Source of the DNA: the human T2T-CHM13v2.0 reference genome, Homo sapiens | Reading direction: 5' to 3' (one strand) | NCBI RefSeq assembly: GCF_009914755.1 | Contig: NC_060933.1 | Length of the DNA stretch: 64,000 bases | Part shown: piece after piece, positions 14,031 to 27,410 of the stretch | How positions within the stretch are numbered: the first letter of the stretch is position 1 | Layout: each line of letters starts with the position of its first letter | Made by a program: the position numbers and the translations under genes | Notes under the pieces: generated by a model | The model's input: the letters and a program-made list of their open reading frames with translations, nothing else | Told to the model about the DNA's origin: nothing | Database searches by the model: none

Positions 14031-16169
14031 GAGGATTTAATCTTTTCAGGGGCTTTTGTTGTTGTTGTTGTTGTTAGCTTTGTCGTTTTCTTAATTTTTT
14101 AAAGAAAATATTGAAAAACAGGCTTCACACTTTTTCTATGTTGATTCTGATGTGGGTATAATCACTTACCTCCTTTAATAACAAAAAATTTTTCCTCAGT
14201 ACGGGAATTCAGAAATAATAATTATACTCCTCATTTAAATTTCATATAAAAATATAAATTCACATAATCACAGGTAGCTAAGAAGGTAGCAGAAATAGTA
14301 AACACACTAATACTTTTACAATAAGAATCCAATTCCACAAGTCTAATTTGGCAAACATTTCCATAAACTAGAGAACATGTGGCAGACATTTTATGGATTA
14401 TTTTTTAAATGTTTAAAAAAAAAAAAACGTTGATCTTATTCAGGGAATAAGGGGCCTTTCCATTTGCCAAAAAGTGTAAAAGGAAAACAGACAGGCCACC
14501 TGTGTCAGCCCACCCTATGGTATGAACATGAGCTATAAGGGCATTTTGGAAAATATTTTCAAACTGAGATGAGAAAAAAAAAAAATCAGTATCAATACAG
14601 ATTCCAAGCAGATGCAAAAGGCTTCTGTGCATGTTAGTGATTACGTGTGTGGCCTACACAGGCTAACTTCAGATTCCTCTGAAACTCAGTGTACTTTCTC
14701 TTTTTTAAGCTACTTGTGATTAAAACTAGAGCCTCATCCATATCAATTTCGACAATGGACACAAACACAGAGTAAACCAATCAAACCAAATAAGTTGAAT
14801 TTTCTCCCTCTTAGATGGCTTTTTAAATTCTAAATGACTACTGAATTTTACCAGACACTCCACACTTAATATTTTGACAGCTGTTGATTAAAATTACTTT
14901 ACTGGGAAGTCCTGTGAAACCAACAGTCTAGTTTTTATCAGAATTGAGGCACTCAAAGGGAAGCTGAGATGGTGGCATACTTGCAGCAAGCAGACAATAG
15001 GAAACTCTTAGCACTCCCAGAGTTACGTCAAATTTTCCATGGACCGAAACTAAAATGAAATACTTCAATTACTGAGAGGTAGATAAGTAAAATAAACAAT
15101 TAATTTCATACGGTGAAGTCAGGAGAGAGTCATATGGACCTCATTCTGTTGTCTCCAAACATTTTATCGGAGGGGAAAAAGGAGCTGAATAAACTTTAAA
15201 CTCTCATGTAGGGATGTATTGCTTGTGTGTCCCTGGCAGATGTGGAAAGGAGATGAAATGGGCAAGGGAGAATCAAATATCCCATCGCTGCAGGTTTGCT
15301 GAGGGAAAGAGCACTGCAAAGATCTCACATCTGGCAATCATTTGTCAATAGCTGGAAAGAGAACTGCAGGAAACTTTCTGGCTCTTGGAGAAGATGAAAA
15401 GACAAAAACCATGTGTCACACACACAAACTCACACACACACTCACTCACTCTGCAATGGTACAATGACTACTACACTTATTCTCTACCCCTCCCTTCTCC
15501 CACTAAATTTAATGATCTTCAGATATACTCTACTCCATGGTCAAAAACATGCAGTCACTTGACTTGTTAAAGCTGCAGTGTATGTACATTTTTCAAATAA
15601 ACCGCAGGGCTGATGTTAGAAAATCAAAATCAGTCAAGCATAGACCGCCTGGTACTTTGGGCAGGAATCCTTGCGGTTTAGTCAATAAACAGAATCTGAA
15701 TGAAAGACACCACAGTAACTAGACAGTAACGTTTTGAACAGATCTTAACCTGAAAGAGGGGGTTGGGGGACCGGTGCGCTGGTGACCAAGGATGTAAGGC
15801 TACTGGTCCACTTAGACTGCTCTACCGGCAACACCACTTTGTTTAGCACAAGGTCATCTATTTGGAACAGAAAAAAAAAAGAGAGAGTGAACTTTTATTT
15901 GGGGGGATGTTGTGGATGTATCTGTGAAGGAAACAACCTTTTTTTAAAAATAAGTTATACCCATTTAATAAGGTGGTAAGGAGAACTTCAGATTTTGTTT
16001 AGTTCATACTGTTGTTAAAAAATATAGAGAATTTGCTGGCTTCATTGTGAGTTCATAAACATGACCAGCTTTGCCCCAGTAGGTTTATCATGTAATAAAA
16101 AGTTTCAAGACACCCTATACAAAATTAATTAACTTCTCCAACATCATAGGAATTTAAATCCGTTCATAG

Positions 16170-16570
16170 TGATCGACAGACTTCGATGAGCAGCTTTTGG
16201 TTCACCCTTATGCTGCATTTAACTAGCAGCAGCAGCCGAGCTCATCTCCGTGATTCCAGAAGTGAATGCTGCAGGTTGTTTAATAACCTGGCAAATTCAC
16301 AGTAGCTTGTCAAATTATTACAGGAACAGTGTCATCACTAAACAAGCCTGATCACGGTTAATTACAATGCAGACCAGAGAGCAGCCACAGTTGTTCATTA
16401 ATTACAGGAAGCACCTCATTTAACTTTTATGGAAATTTACACTTGCACCCCAGTATGTCTGGAAAAAAAAGTGATCCTCCACGCATTCACATAAGAAAGG
16501 AGCCTGTGGTTTATAAAACATCACAGCAAATTGTGTCTAATCTAGTACTGAAATATTGGTTCATTATTTA
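16170..16570. promoter_or_regulatory. Putative developmental enhancer (homeodomain motif cluster)
   Basis: Two TTAATTAC motifs, TGTCA motifs, TTTTATGG and TTTATAAAA (HOX/CDX-like) and TAAACA (Fox-like) within ~300 bp of unique sequence. Confidence 0.4.
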
Positions 16571-18947
16571 CTCTAATTTTTTAAGCACTTCAGTGGTGAA
16601 AAATACCAAGTCAAACCTCACATCCTGAATTCCCAACCAAGAAAAGAACTGTGCTGAGCTAAATGTAACAACTTAATACATGATGAGGCACAACTGAACT
16701 AACAAAGTAACTTTTCTCTGATAAAAGTAAAATATCAGCAATTAAGGAGAGTCTAAATTAGAATAACCATTTCTTAGAAGATGATTGCATAAGAGTGGGA
16801 TTCTTTGCTGCTGTTCATCAGTTAACCTCCCAAACTGGAGTACCCACTTCAAAAGCCACTGGGGAAAGTAAATAAAGTTACAGAATCAAAATCTTGATTT
16901 CCAGTTATTTTTCTGAATCAAGCAATATTAACACAAACCACAGCAGAAGTCCTTGCAAAAGTCAAATCAGGCACAGACTTGAAGGTTGACAGTCATTCAA
17001 AACCAAAGATACATTCATTGACCACAGTAGGGGATCTTGGGATTATTAAAAATAAAGCTGCTAAGAAATCTGAAATTTTAGGAATAAAAGGCAAAGGTTT
17101 AAAAGGAAGAAGGCAAAGAGCAGAAAGGGGCTCCACCAGTCATGAGAACTTACGTCAGCTAAAACATAAAAGTAAACCAGATTTCAGGGCTGTATGTCTA
17201 AACAAAAATCCTTTCTAAGAAAGAATATAAACAAACCGCTGCTCCTAAATTGAGGTGTACGGAAGGTTATTCTCAGAATCAAGAGGCCAAACAGCAAAAC
17301 CTCTAGTGATGATAATGCCTAGCCCTGGGGCAAAGCCTATGATACAAGCAGGAAAAGGAGATGACTGGCAAGTCCTATAGTGAGCTCCCTAGAGTATAAA
17401 GCTATGCTGAACAATAAGAAATGGCTCATTCTCTAGGAAAAAATTTAAAAAGGACTAGGACACATGACATGGCAAGAATGAAAGCAGTCTAAGCTAAAAA
17501 ATACTCCTGAAATAGATAGCTGGTGAAAAGTATATTAAGCATCTTTATTATGGTGGACATAATATGTATATGTACTAGGTATTTCTAAAATGTGCAGAAG
17601 AAGCACATTTAGGAAGGCAGAAGAAAAAGAAGAGAGGAAGAAATGCTTCAAGTGGGTCCCAGCTACTTGACTAACTCTCCATAGCTGATCATCTTTTAAC
17701 AGATTCAATCCTTCCACGCAGTCCACCAAAATGATGATCCACAATGAGGAATATCCAATAATGTCACTTTCATTACTTTGTCCAGGAACTTAGTCTTCTT
17801 TGCAAGGTCCTTTCTGAACTATCAACCCCACAATCTGGTTCATCTACAACCAGAATGTTACTTTAACCTGTAAATATAACATTTTCTACATTTTCTCCCA
17901 TAGTATGTCAATGTACTCAATAGGTTTTTTTTTCCAGTTTTATTTTACACACTCACATCTGCAAAACCCAATTTTCTTTTCACTGTAATTCAAGGTTTAA
18001 AAACAGATTTCCAACAATCACCCATGACAGACCATTCCAGGTGATGTGTTTGAAGAACATCACTCGTCCTACCCAAAAAAGGTCAAGGATCAGACTACTC
18101 TCCACAAAAAGTCTTCCATCACTCTGCATTTGCATGTCACACACAAGCTGTTAGCTTTCTAGAACTAGGAAATACATGATCGTGTCTCATGTGTCCCACC
18201 TGCTTTTCTGTTGTATCACAGACATACACCACCCAGACAGTACCAGTTTGGGGCACAGCAGAGCTCAGGTGGTCTTCCCTGGGCCAAGAGCAGGTGTGCT
18301 AGAGATGGCATACCCTTCGGTACCATAAAAACTGAAACCTCCTCCTACCACCACTTCTACCCTCATTCTCACTGCATAGAAGTCCATTTTTTAAATGGTT
18401 CTCTCTTCTCATTTGTGGTTCTAAATCAGTAAAAACGTTTTAAAACTGAGCTCACTATGCTCATCTTATAAGCCTGAAAATTTAGAAAATAAGGCCAAAT
18501 GGAGGTCCTAAAAAAAAAAGTATGAGTTTCCTCATGCTAGGGAGTGCTACCCATGTTGAAACTTCAGCCTGCATCTTTGCATTGGCACACACATTCCTTA
18601 AATATTATTATGTACATAGAAATGGAGGCATGCCTTTAGCCAAAATGTCACATTTACATTTTTAATTTGCAATACACCAAATCACTTCTAATGCCTCAAG
18701 ACCATACAAAACGAACTGAATTTCAATCCAACAGTTTCACCAAAAAAAAAAAAAATGTACTTTGCTAATATACTCCTATTACACCACAAGACATATCTTC
18801 CAACGCATGAAGACAGAAGATATTTCATTAAGTCCTGCTTTTCTTATAAAGCACTCAGTTGAATGGCTGCTGTTCTCCTGAGCCGGGAGACCATATTGTA
18901 GGAAGCATGACTTACTCACATATATCCCAAAAGTCTTAGAAGATGAA

Positions 18948-19165
18948 AGCTAATATTTACTGGGTACCTGTTATGTGCCAGGTCCTGCACTAACTGCTGA
19001 ATATATGTCAGGTCCTTTAAATTCTCATCATCACCTTGTGTGGTAAATCTCCATCTTACAGATGAGAAAACTAAGGTTCACTTAAATTAAGTGACTTGCC
19101 AAAGGTCTCACAGCAACTTGTATCAACTCTAGGTAGTCAACCTTCAGAGACCATGTACTTACTAC
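18948..19165 (-). mobile_element. MIR
   Basis: Core ccatcttacagatgagaaaactaagg...aagtgacttgccaaagg. Confidence 0.85.
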
Positions 19166-19384
19166 AGTATGTATATATGTCTTGACTGAACAGACAAATG
19201 ATCTACAGTTACAGACAACGCATCCTGAAAAGGACCTATGGCTGCACATACGCTACACTGGTTCCTCTTTACACCTAACTCAATGGTTGTCTTTTCCTGA
19301 TGACGCTGATATACCCAAATGGCTTTCCAGGACCACTGTTTCTGTCACACCACCCCTAGCTGAGAAAACAGTTAAGACTCTAAC

Positions 19385-19468
19385 CTGGACTTCCAGCCTG
19401 TGGTATGGCTCCTCCAGGTTTGGGCAGAAGTCTGCCCCCAGCACTCTGCCAGTACATGCCAATGGAAC
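19385..19468 (-). CDS. BNC2: Alternative in-frame BNC2 cassette exon, 84 nt: VPLACTGRVLGADFCPNLEEPYHRLEVQ
   Basis: Acceptor gctgtattccctcag|GTT (AG 19469-19470), donor CAG|gttaga (GT 19383-19384); 28 sense codons in phase 0, matching exon 3; GC-richer than flanks. I recall a minor BNC2 isoform exon in this area (unverified). Confidence 0.65.
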
Positions 19469-20779
19469 CTGAGGGAATACAGCCACGTTAGATGCTGTGT
19501 ATGGAGGCTGCTGAGAACTGCACACAGTCACACTTGACCCAGGCAGAGAGAGGAAATCCCAACTGCGGGTCTCTAACAGGTCATCATGGCTTGACATGTA
19601 TGTGACACTTAGTATGTCAAATATATAGTGAATACCATGTAACAAAGTTTATTAACTACCAGAAGGTAAATTCCAAGAAGAAAAAAGCAACATAAATTTT
19701 GTTCCTCCTTGTATTCACAGCAGGTAGCACACAGTAGGCACCTAATAAATAGCCACGGACAGGAGGAGGGAGACAGAAGGAAGGAAATGCAGGGATGGGA
19801 AAAGACTAAAATAGATAATTTCTGTTTCACATTGGTGACATAAATTTTTTCTTTTCCTCTTTCCTTTAATTTTCTTATGTAGGAATTTAAAAAAAAATAC
19901 ATTCAACAATGCCTAAGTTCCTTTACGTTCTTAAAATATTTGTTCAAATTTATTTTTCCTGTTCCTGGTGTAGGCTAGCACAGGCAGACTTCTATTTATC
20001 AATATTTATTATTAATAGTTACTCATTTAAACATGTTATCTTTAAGCTTAAAAACCTTGTTTTATGTATCTGTCCTAATAATAAAAAAACAAGGTTAAAA
20101 CTTAATGAATGTTTCTCTATATCTAAAATTCTAAACTGAAAGCCACTAAGATCCCTTTTTAAAACTAAGCTATTATAATTAGTCAATATCATCCCTAAAT
20201 ACTGCCTACTGTCCCTTGCTTATTTCATTTCAGATTTTTTTAAGATTAAACAAGGTTTTAGATTCCACCTAAACATGTTTTCTGCTTTTTAAAAATTTCT
20301 AATTGTTCCTCATTATTTCCATACTTATACTACTCACACTAATCATATATCTGTCTATATGTCTCTAAACTCAATACATCAACTAAGCATCATCTCACCT
20401 TTGTCTTCTTTCCCTATCAAAGCACTCCTCTGTTTTGTTTTCTTTGACTTTTTTAAAACTCCAATTAAGATCATCTGTGCTAATCAATTTGCTTTGTTCA
20501 GACATCAGTTTTCAGCCATGCATGCTAGCTTAAAAGGTGCTTCCCTCTTTCTTTTCACCCAAAAATCAGTACAATCGTCCAAACTTAAACAACGTTCAGT
20601 ATACTCCACTTTGCAAGTTCACTAGTGAATATCACTGGAAAGAAAAGAAAAATAAAAGGTACTCGGTCAACGCTTCAAACATTTTTAGGTCCAGTTCTCT
20701 CATTCTTTTCAAGTCTTTTATTCTTCTTTACTAGGCTCATAAGGTGAAATGGACAGAGTGTCATCTGTCTTTGAAGTTT

Positions 20780-20995
20780 ACAACCACTCTTTACCCAAGA
20801 GTTTCACACGTGCAGGCCAATGCGCGAGTCACTATGTGGGGAATCTTACGTGTAGATTAACCCTCATTTTCCTCTCAACACTCTTACGGAGTATGAGCAT
20901 CTCCAGTCTACAAACGAAAAAACTGAGGCTTAGAGTAGGTAAATAACTAGCTCAGAGTCACATGTTATTAGGTTGTAAAACCTGGATTCAAACTT
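20780..20995 (-). mobile_element. MIR
   Basis: Core aaaactgaggcttagagtaggtaaataactagctcagagtcaca. Confidence 0.75.
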
Positions 20996-22779
20996 AAGAC
21001 ATGAGAAAGAAAAGAAAGGTTGAGAATACATTTCCAAGAATTTAATTTTAAAAAAAAATGTAATAACTACATTTAGTGGCATCCATTCTAGAGGTATTTG
21101 TTGATGTTTCATATGAAAGAAATTACAAAGAAGACAACAAAGGAAAAAGGCGCTAACCGAAATCAAGACCTGCTACCTGCTCCTTGGTCTAGGACAACAT
21201 AAGTAACAAAAAAGGGAATTTATCCTCTTAACTGAGGAATAAGAAAGAAATGCAGCAGGGAGAAGAGCGGGGGCACTGTGCATTTGTGTTGTGTCACACA
21301 TAGAAATAATGCTCATTCTACCCCTCAGCTGACATATGGAAGGCCACTAATGAGTTCTGCAACAGTAATTCTCCCCAGGGAGCAATAGAAGGGAAAAGAA
21401 AAAAATTAACCTGAGAATATTCCAAATCAAAATGAATCCCCCCAAAACCTTATTATAAAACCTCAATAAATGGGACTTAACTAAGGCAGATTCAGTAAGC
21501 CATATATTGCAAATTAAGTGTAAACCTCACCCGATCTCACATACACAAAACAAATTGCTACTTACCTTAAGATTATTTGACCACGTCACAAACACTAAGT
21601 TTCTAGTTCTTTTTATCTTCACAGTCACAGAATGCACTTTATAAACATTCTCAAGAGGGAAGGAGAAAGTTAAACAACTAAAATTACATGCAATTACAAC
21701 TTGAGACACTTAGAAATACACTGTTTCTAAGAGAAAACATAAAGGTCTGTGAGTAAGTTGGGAGGAAATGGTGGCAAACTACCAGTATGTTTCAACAATC
21801 ATAATCACAAAAAGGAACTAGTAGGGAAGTGGGTACATTTTCAAACTTAGAGTGCTAGGATTTCTGAGCAGAAAAATATATCCATAAGAATCTTTGAAAG
21901 TTGACTCCCATATTCTAAAAAATGAGGGATAAGAGATTCAAATCAAAATTGGTTCACAAAGTTCACTGAACGGTTCATGGTCTAAAAATACACCACACTC
22001 TCACCCCATCCACCACAATCAGCGTCATCAGTTAGGGAAATCTTTCAACACGGAAAGGCAAACCATATCTCTTTCTGAATTCATCAAAATGTACTAAGGA
22101 AGATACAAAAGAGATAAAAGCTGATAACCTAATTAGTTGTAATTTAGCACATCTCATTCCACCTTTTGATTTAGAAGCCTCAGAAGTTAGCCAGCCACAA
22201 GCAATCAAAAAATGATTGAAGAAAAATCAGATATCAATTGTCTAACCCCTTATTATTAGTCTATTGTAAATTAGGATAATAAAATATGGGGTGTGCCTAA
22301 CCATTATTTAATATAAATTTTAAACTGATTTGGGGAATTCCGTTTTATCCACTTTTCCTCTGTGCTAACACCTAGTGCCTGTTTTAATGACATACTTGAC
22401 ATACTATATAGTACAAAGTTCTACAAAGATTTTCCAAAATGTTCACAGTGATTAAGATTATAGGTACTTAACTTTTATTCTTTTTGTATGATTGTATATG
22501 TTGCTTTAAAAGTAATAAAATCATTTAACTTAAAAACAAAAAAAAATGGTGAACTGTTCAGCTAATATTTCTAAACATTATGCCACAGGTTTAATTATGG
22601 AATAACTGCCTACAACTGATGTAAATTTCATTATCTTAGTACTGTAACAGGAGGTCAGAGGCCTTGAAAGGGACCCTCTGAAATCCCCAGGGCAAGTGGA
22701 GGCTGAGTACATATCTACTCTCCTGTATATACATACCTTGAAGGAATCATGGTGTGTGAGAGAGCTATTTACAACTTAC

Positions 22780-22993
22780 TTTGTGTATAATCAGCAGAAA
22801 CAAAAGATATGACAAGTATAAAGGCCTCTCTCTCTCCCCTCAGGAGAATTCAACAAGGGAGGGCCAGTGGGCATTCACTTCGGTGTCAAAAGGGCTTCCA
22901 GAAAACATATTTTCTGTGGGGCAGGGAGGAAATATGGCAGGCTTCCTACACACATAACCACACACACACACACATACACACACTCTTTGTTTA
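22780..22993 (-). other. Candidate cryptic exon (214 nt; 257 nt with the second donor) with internal UG repeat
   Basis: Branch motif CTAAC (23029-23033), U24 tract, gtgatctcag|TAA; donors AAA|gtaagt (22778-22779) and AAG|gtatgt (22735-22736). Motif evidence only. Confidence 0.3.
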
Positions 22994-23027
22994 CTGAGAT
23001 CACAAAAAAAAAAAAAAAAAAAAAAAA
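22948..23027. repeat. Interrupted (CA)n plus A24 tract
   Basis: CA-rich at 22948-22983; A24 at 23004-23027. Confidence 0.92.
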
Positions 23028-24052
23028 TGTTAGGGACCAGACTTCTGAAAAGAAGACATAAAAAGCTCCAGGTTGTAAATGGGAGCTACCGTTGAAAATA
23101 TTTGAAGATGAATGGCTGTGAAAAATGGGTGGCAGAAAGGGGACAAAGGAAAAAAGAGAAAAGTCACAGAAATGATAACTTGAGAGAAGAGTCATGTTAC
23201 GATGAAAAGGGCTCGTAGTCAGGGATGCCCCCTGCAGAGCCAGGGTCCACTTGAAATTTCCATTTTACTTTTAAATATTAAACACGCAGGTAGGCATCTG
23301 CCTGATAGACACTATGAAAGTCACAGCCTAAATAAACAAACTAACTTCCATGTGAGCTCCAGTCTCCTCAGTCAAGCTGGCCCCAAGCCCAGATCAGTTC
23401 TGAAGTGTATGTGTTTTGGTGGCTTCAGTCTGGCAGTGTTGAAGGGACAAAGACCTTGGAAAAGAATGATATACAATGTAAGTTTAAAAAAAAAAAAAGA
23501 GGGAGAGAGATAAACAGAAATAAAGCCCCATCAGAGTGCTCCTCAGAGACATGGCTAGGTACAAGCACTGCCGGATTCCAAGCCAAAAGGAAGACCCAAT
23601 AGCACTCCAGCCTAATTTCAGTGGTTATACAATGCCAAGCGGCAAGAGGAAAAATCACTCAGATAACACAAAGAGTTCAGGAAGACCATCAAGTGAAATA
23701 GATTTGACAATAAGCTCACCAGGAGTCCCTGTGAGAAAGAGCAGATAAAGAAATAAACAAATTATCCAACACTGTAAAGATGAAGATGCACGCTAAACAC
23801 ACTGCTGCAAAATAAATGAATACAAAAGCAGAAACACAGGAAGGTGAGCTACGTGGCAGAGTATGCAGTTAAATTATATCTCCATTTTTCAGCCTACAAT
23901 TTAACTAGGAGACAAAATTCTGGGCCTAAACTTTCTCTACCATGGGACCCCAGACTAAGACTCAGAAGGACCAAGAATATAGAACCTAAGGGCGAAGAAG
24001 GAACCCACTGCTCACTGATCAGAAAGCAACTGGTAAATCAAAACAGAGTCAA

Positions 24053-24410
24053 ATTGGATGTGGTGGATCACACATGTAATCCTAGCACTTAGGGAGGTCA
24101 AGGCAGGAGACCAGGAGTTCTAGACCAGCCTGGGCAACACAGAGAGAAAAGTAATAATGAAAGAAAAATTAGCTGGGTGTGGTGACATGTGCCTGTAATC
24201 CTAGGAGGATTACTTAAGCCCAAGAGTTCAAAGTTAAAAGGAGCCGTGAGTGTGCCACTGCACTCCAGGCTGGGTGACAGAGTGAAACCCTGTCTCAAAT
24301 ATATACATACATACATACATACATACTAACGACACAGTATTTATTATCCAGCCTGAGTGACAGAGTGAAACCCTGTTTCAAATAAATAAATACAACACAG
24401 TACTTATCCA
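24053..24410 (+). mobile_element. AluJ with internal deletions and a tandemly duplicated 3' end
   Basis: Diverged dimer; tccag...gtgacagagtgaaaccctgt occurs at 24264 and again at 24347. Confidence 0.88.
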
Positions 24411-25307
24411 TTTTCAAGGATGGAATGACCAGAAATACATTCATTGTTATAGAGTCAGATAAGGCAGAGTTGTATCAATAGGAACATGATAAGGATGGGA
24501 GATATTTTATAGGAGAAGAACTGGATAGGACAGATGCCAGTGCCTGAAGGAGACACAGATCTCCTCTGGAGTCATCTCAGAGCAATGAACTATAGGATCA
24601 GCATAAGATAAAAGAAAATGGAAAAGAGTCAATCAGTATGTGATTCTGTTATGCAACAGGTTGAAAGACACAGAAGGTGACGGAGGTGGGGGGATGCCAG
24701 GGTGCGGGGTGGAGCAGGCACAATGTCCTCACAGCCACCAGGAGCTATTTCACTAAGGTTCACTCTTGCTCTTCCCTCAGGAGCTGATCCTCTGGGGTGA
24801 GCTGCCAAAGAACAGTGCCCTGGGCTCTGTGATAGGAGCAACCTCTGCAGGTACAATTACAGGAGATTTTTCACAGCCACAAACAACAACAGAAATACCT
24901 TGTTTTTATACTGTGAAATATGGGATAAAAGGTAAAAATCTCTCTTCCCTGGTGACACCCTGAGGAGCCTAATGGACCACGAATAATGCTAAAATTACAT
25001 AGAATCTTTCTTCCAGAGTGCTCAAAGGGCTTTACACGTAATATTTATTAATTCCCACATCAGACAAGTAAGGAAGGGGAGAAATTTCCATTGTACTCCT
25101 TTTACTTCTAAATGAGAAAACTGAGACCTATCACTATGGTCTCCCTCTACATTTGATAAAAATGGATAGAAGTGAAATTAAGACAAAGTTCTCTCAATGA
25201 CTTCGCTAGTGCTTTACTCGAAAAACATCCTACTATTGGACAGATTTCACGTACTTCCTGCAATTCTTGCTTTACCTGGGTTTTAGCATTGGAGAAAATG
25301 AGAATGA

Positions 25308-25984
<677 letters not shown>

Positions 25985-26184
25985 CTATTATTCTATTGGT
26001 TTGCAATCATTCTTGTAATACATTATTTTGGAAATTGAACACCACAGGTTGTTGCTTATGGGCAAATACATTGTCAACTCTGACAACTGACATTAAATGC
26101 AATTTCAAGTATGCCACACCCAGGTTAACTTACTTTCTATCCTCAACACTCAACTCCAGCTATCTTAAAGACAGGTAATACTGA

Positions 26185-26392
26185 AAGAGTTCTAGCTTTG
26201 CAATTAGATCTCTGTTTAAATCTCTACCGCAATATCTTGTAAAGTTGCTCAGTTACGTATCTCCGAGCCTTGTTTCCTGCACCTGTAAAATGAGGATACT
26301 TATATTTATTGTGCAGGGTTGGCAAGGTTGAATGAGATGACACATGTAAAGCACCTAAGGATTCAGTAGGTACACAGTATATCTGTAAATGG
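26185..26392 (+). mobile_element. MIR
   Basis: gagccttgtttcctgcacctgtaaaatgaggata...atgtaaagcacc. Confidence 0.85.
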
Positions 26393-26611
26393 TACTCTGC
26401 CCCCAGCCCACAAAAGCAGCACCACAGCATACCAATCCAATGAAGGCTGAGAACTTTGAGACCACGATGGAAGCCGCATAGGGGAAAGGAAAGCAAGCCA
26501 CAAGGGTCAAAGGAATATTATAAGCAACTGGGGAAACTAAAAAGAGACAGAGTCACTTGGTCTCACTTAGGGACCAAGGGCCAACTCAATCATCTTTTAG
26601 AAGGCTTCCTA

Positions 26612-27060
<449 letters not shown>

Positions 27061-27259
27061 TCACAATTAAAATATAAGGTAATTTTCTGAGTTCTCTTAT
27101 GCTAGCAGCCTGGCCTATAAATTATTAAAAAGTAAAGAGTTTCCAGAGAACGTGCATGAATAAAATCTGAAGAACCCAACCCTCTGGGGGTGGGCAGCAC
27201 ACTGACAGACAAGACCAATAGTCTCGGTCAGTGCCCAAGGCATGCTTCTTGGCCAAAGA

Positions 27260-27410
27260 TTATTGTGATCATCACCTGAGAGCATGTCTGAAACTCATTT
27301 GCATGCCCCACCTGAGACCCACTGTGACAGAAACTGGAGGTGGAGTCCCTCACCTGTGTTTACAAGCCCTCCACGTGATGCTGATGAGCATTAAAGTTTG
27401 AGGCTCCCTA
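27260..27410. mobile_element. MER5A-like hAT DNA transposon remnant
   Basis: atcacctgagagc...gaaactggaggtgg...tttacaagccctcca...gatgctgatg...taaagtttgag resembles MER5A. Confidence 0.7.

Noticed and set aside
14170-14277. 108-nt pseudo-exon with GAG|gtaagt donor
   Set aside because: Very AT-rich body, early stop and no further supporting feature; such pairs are expected by chance in a long intron.
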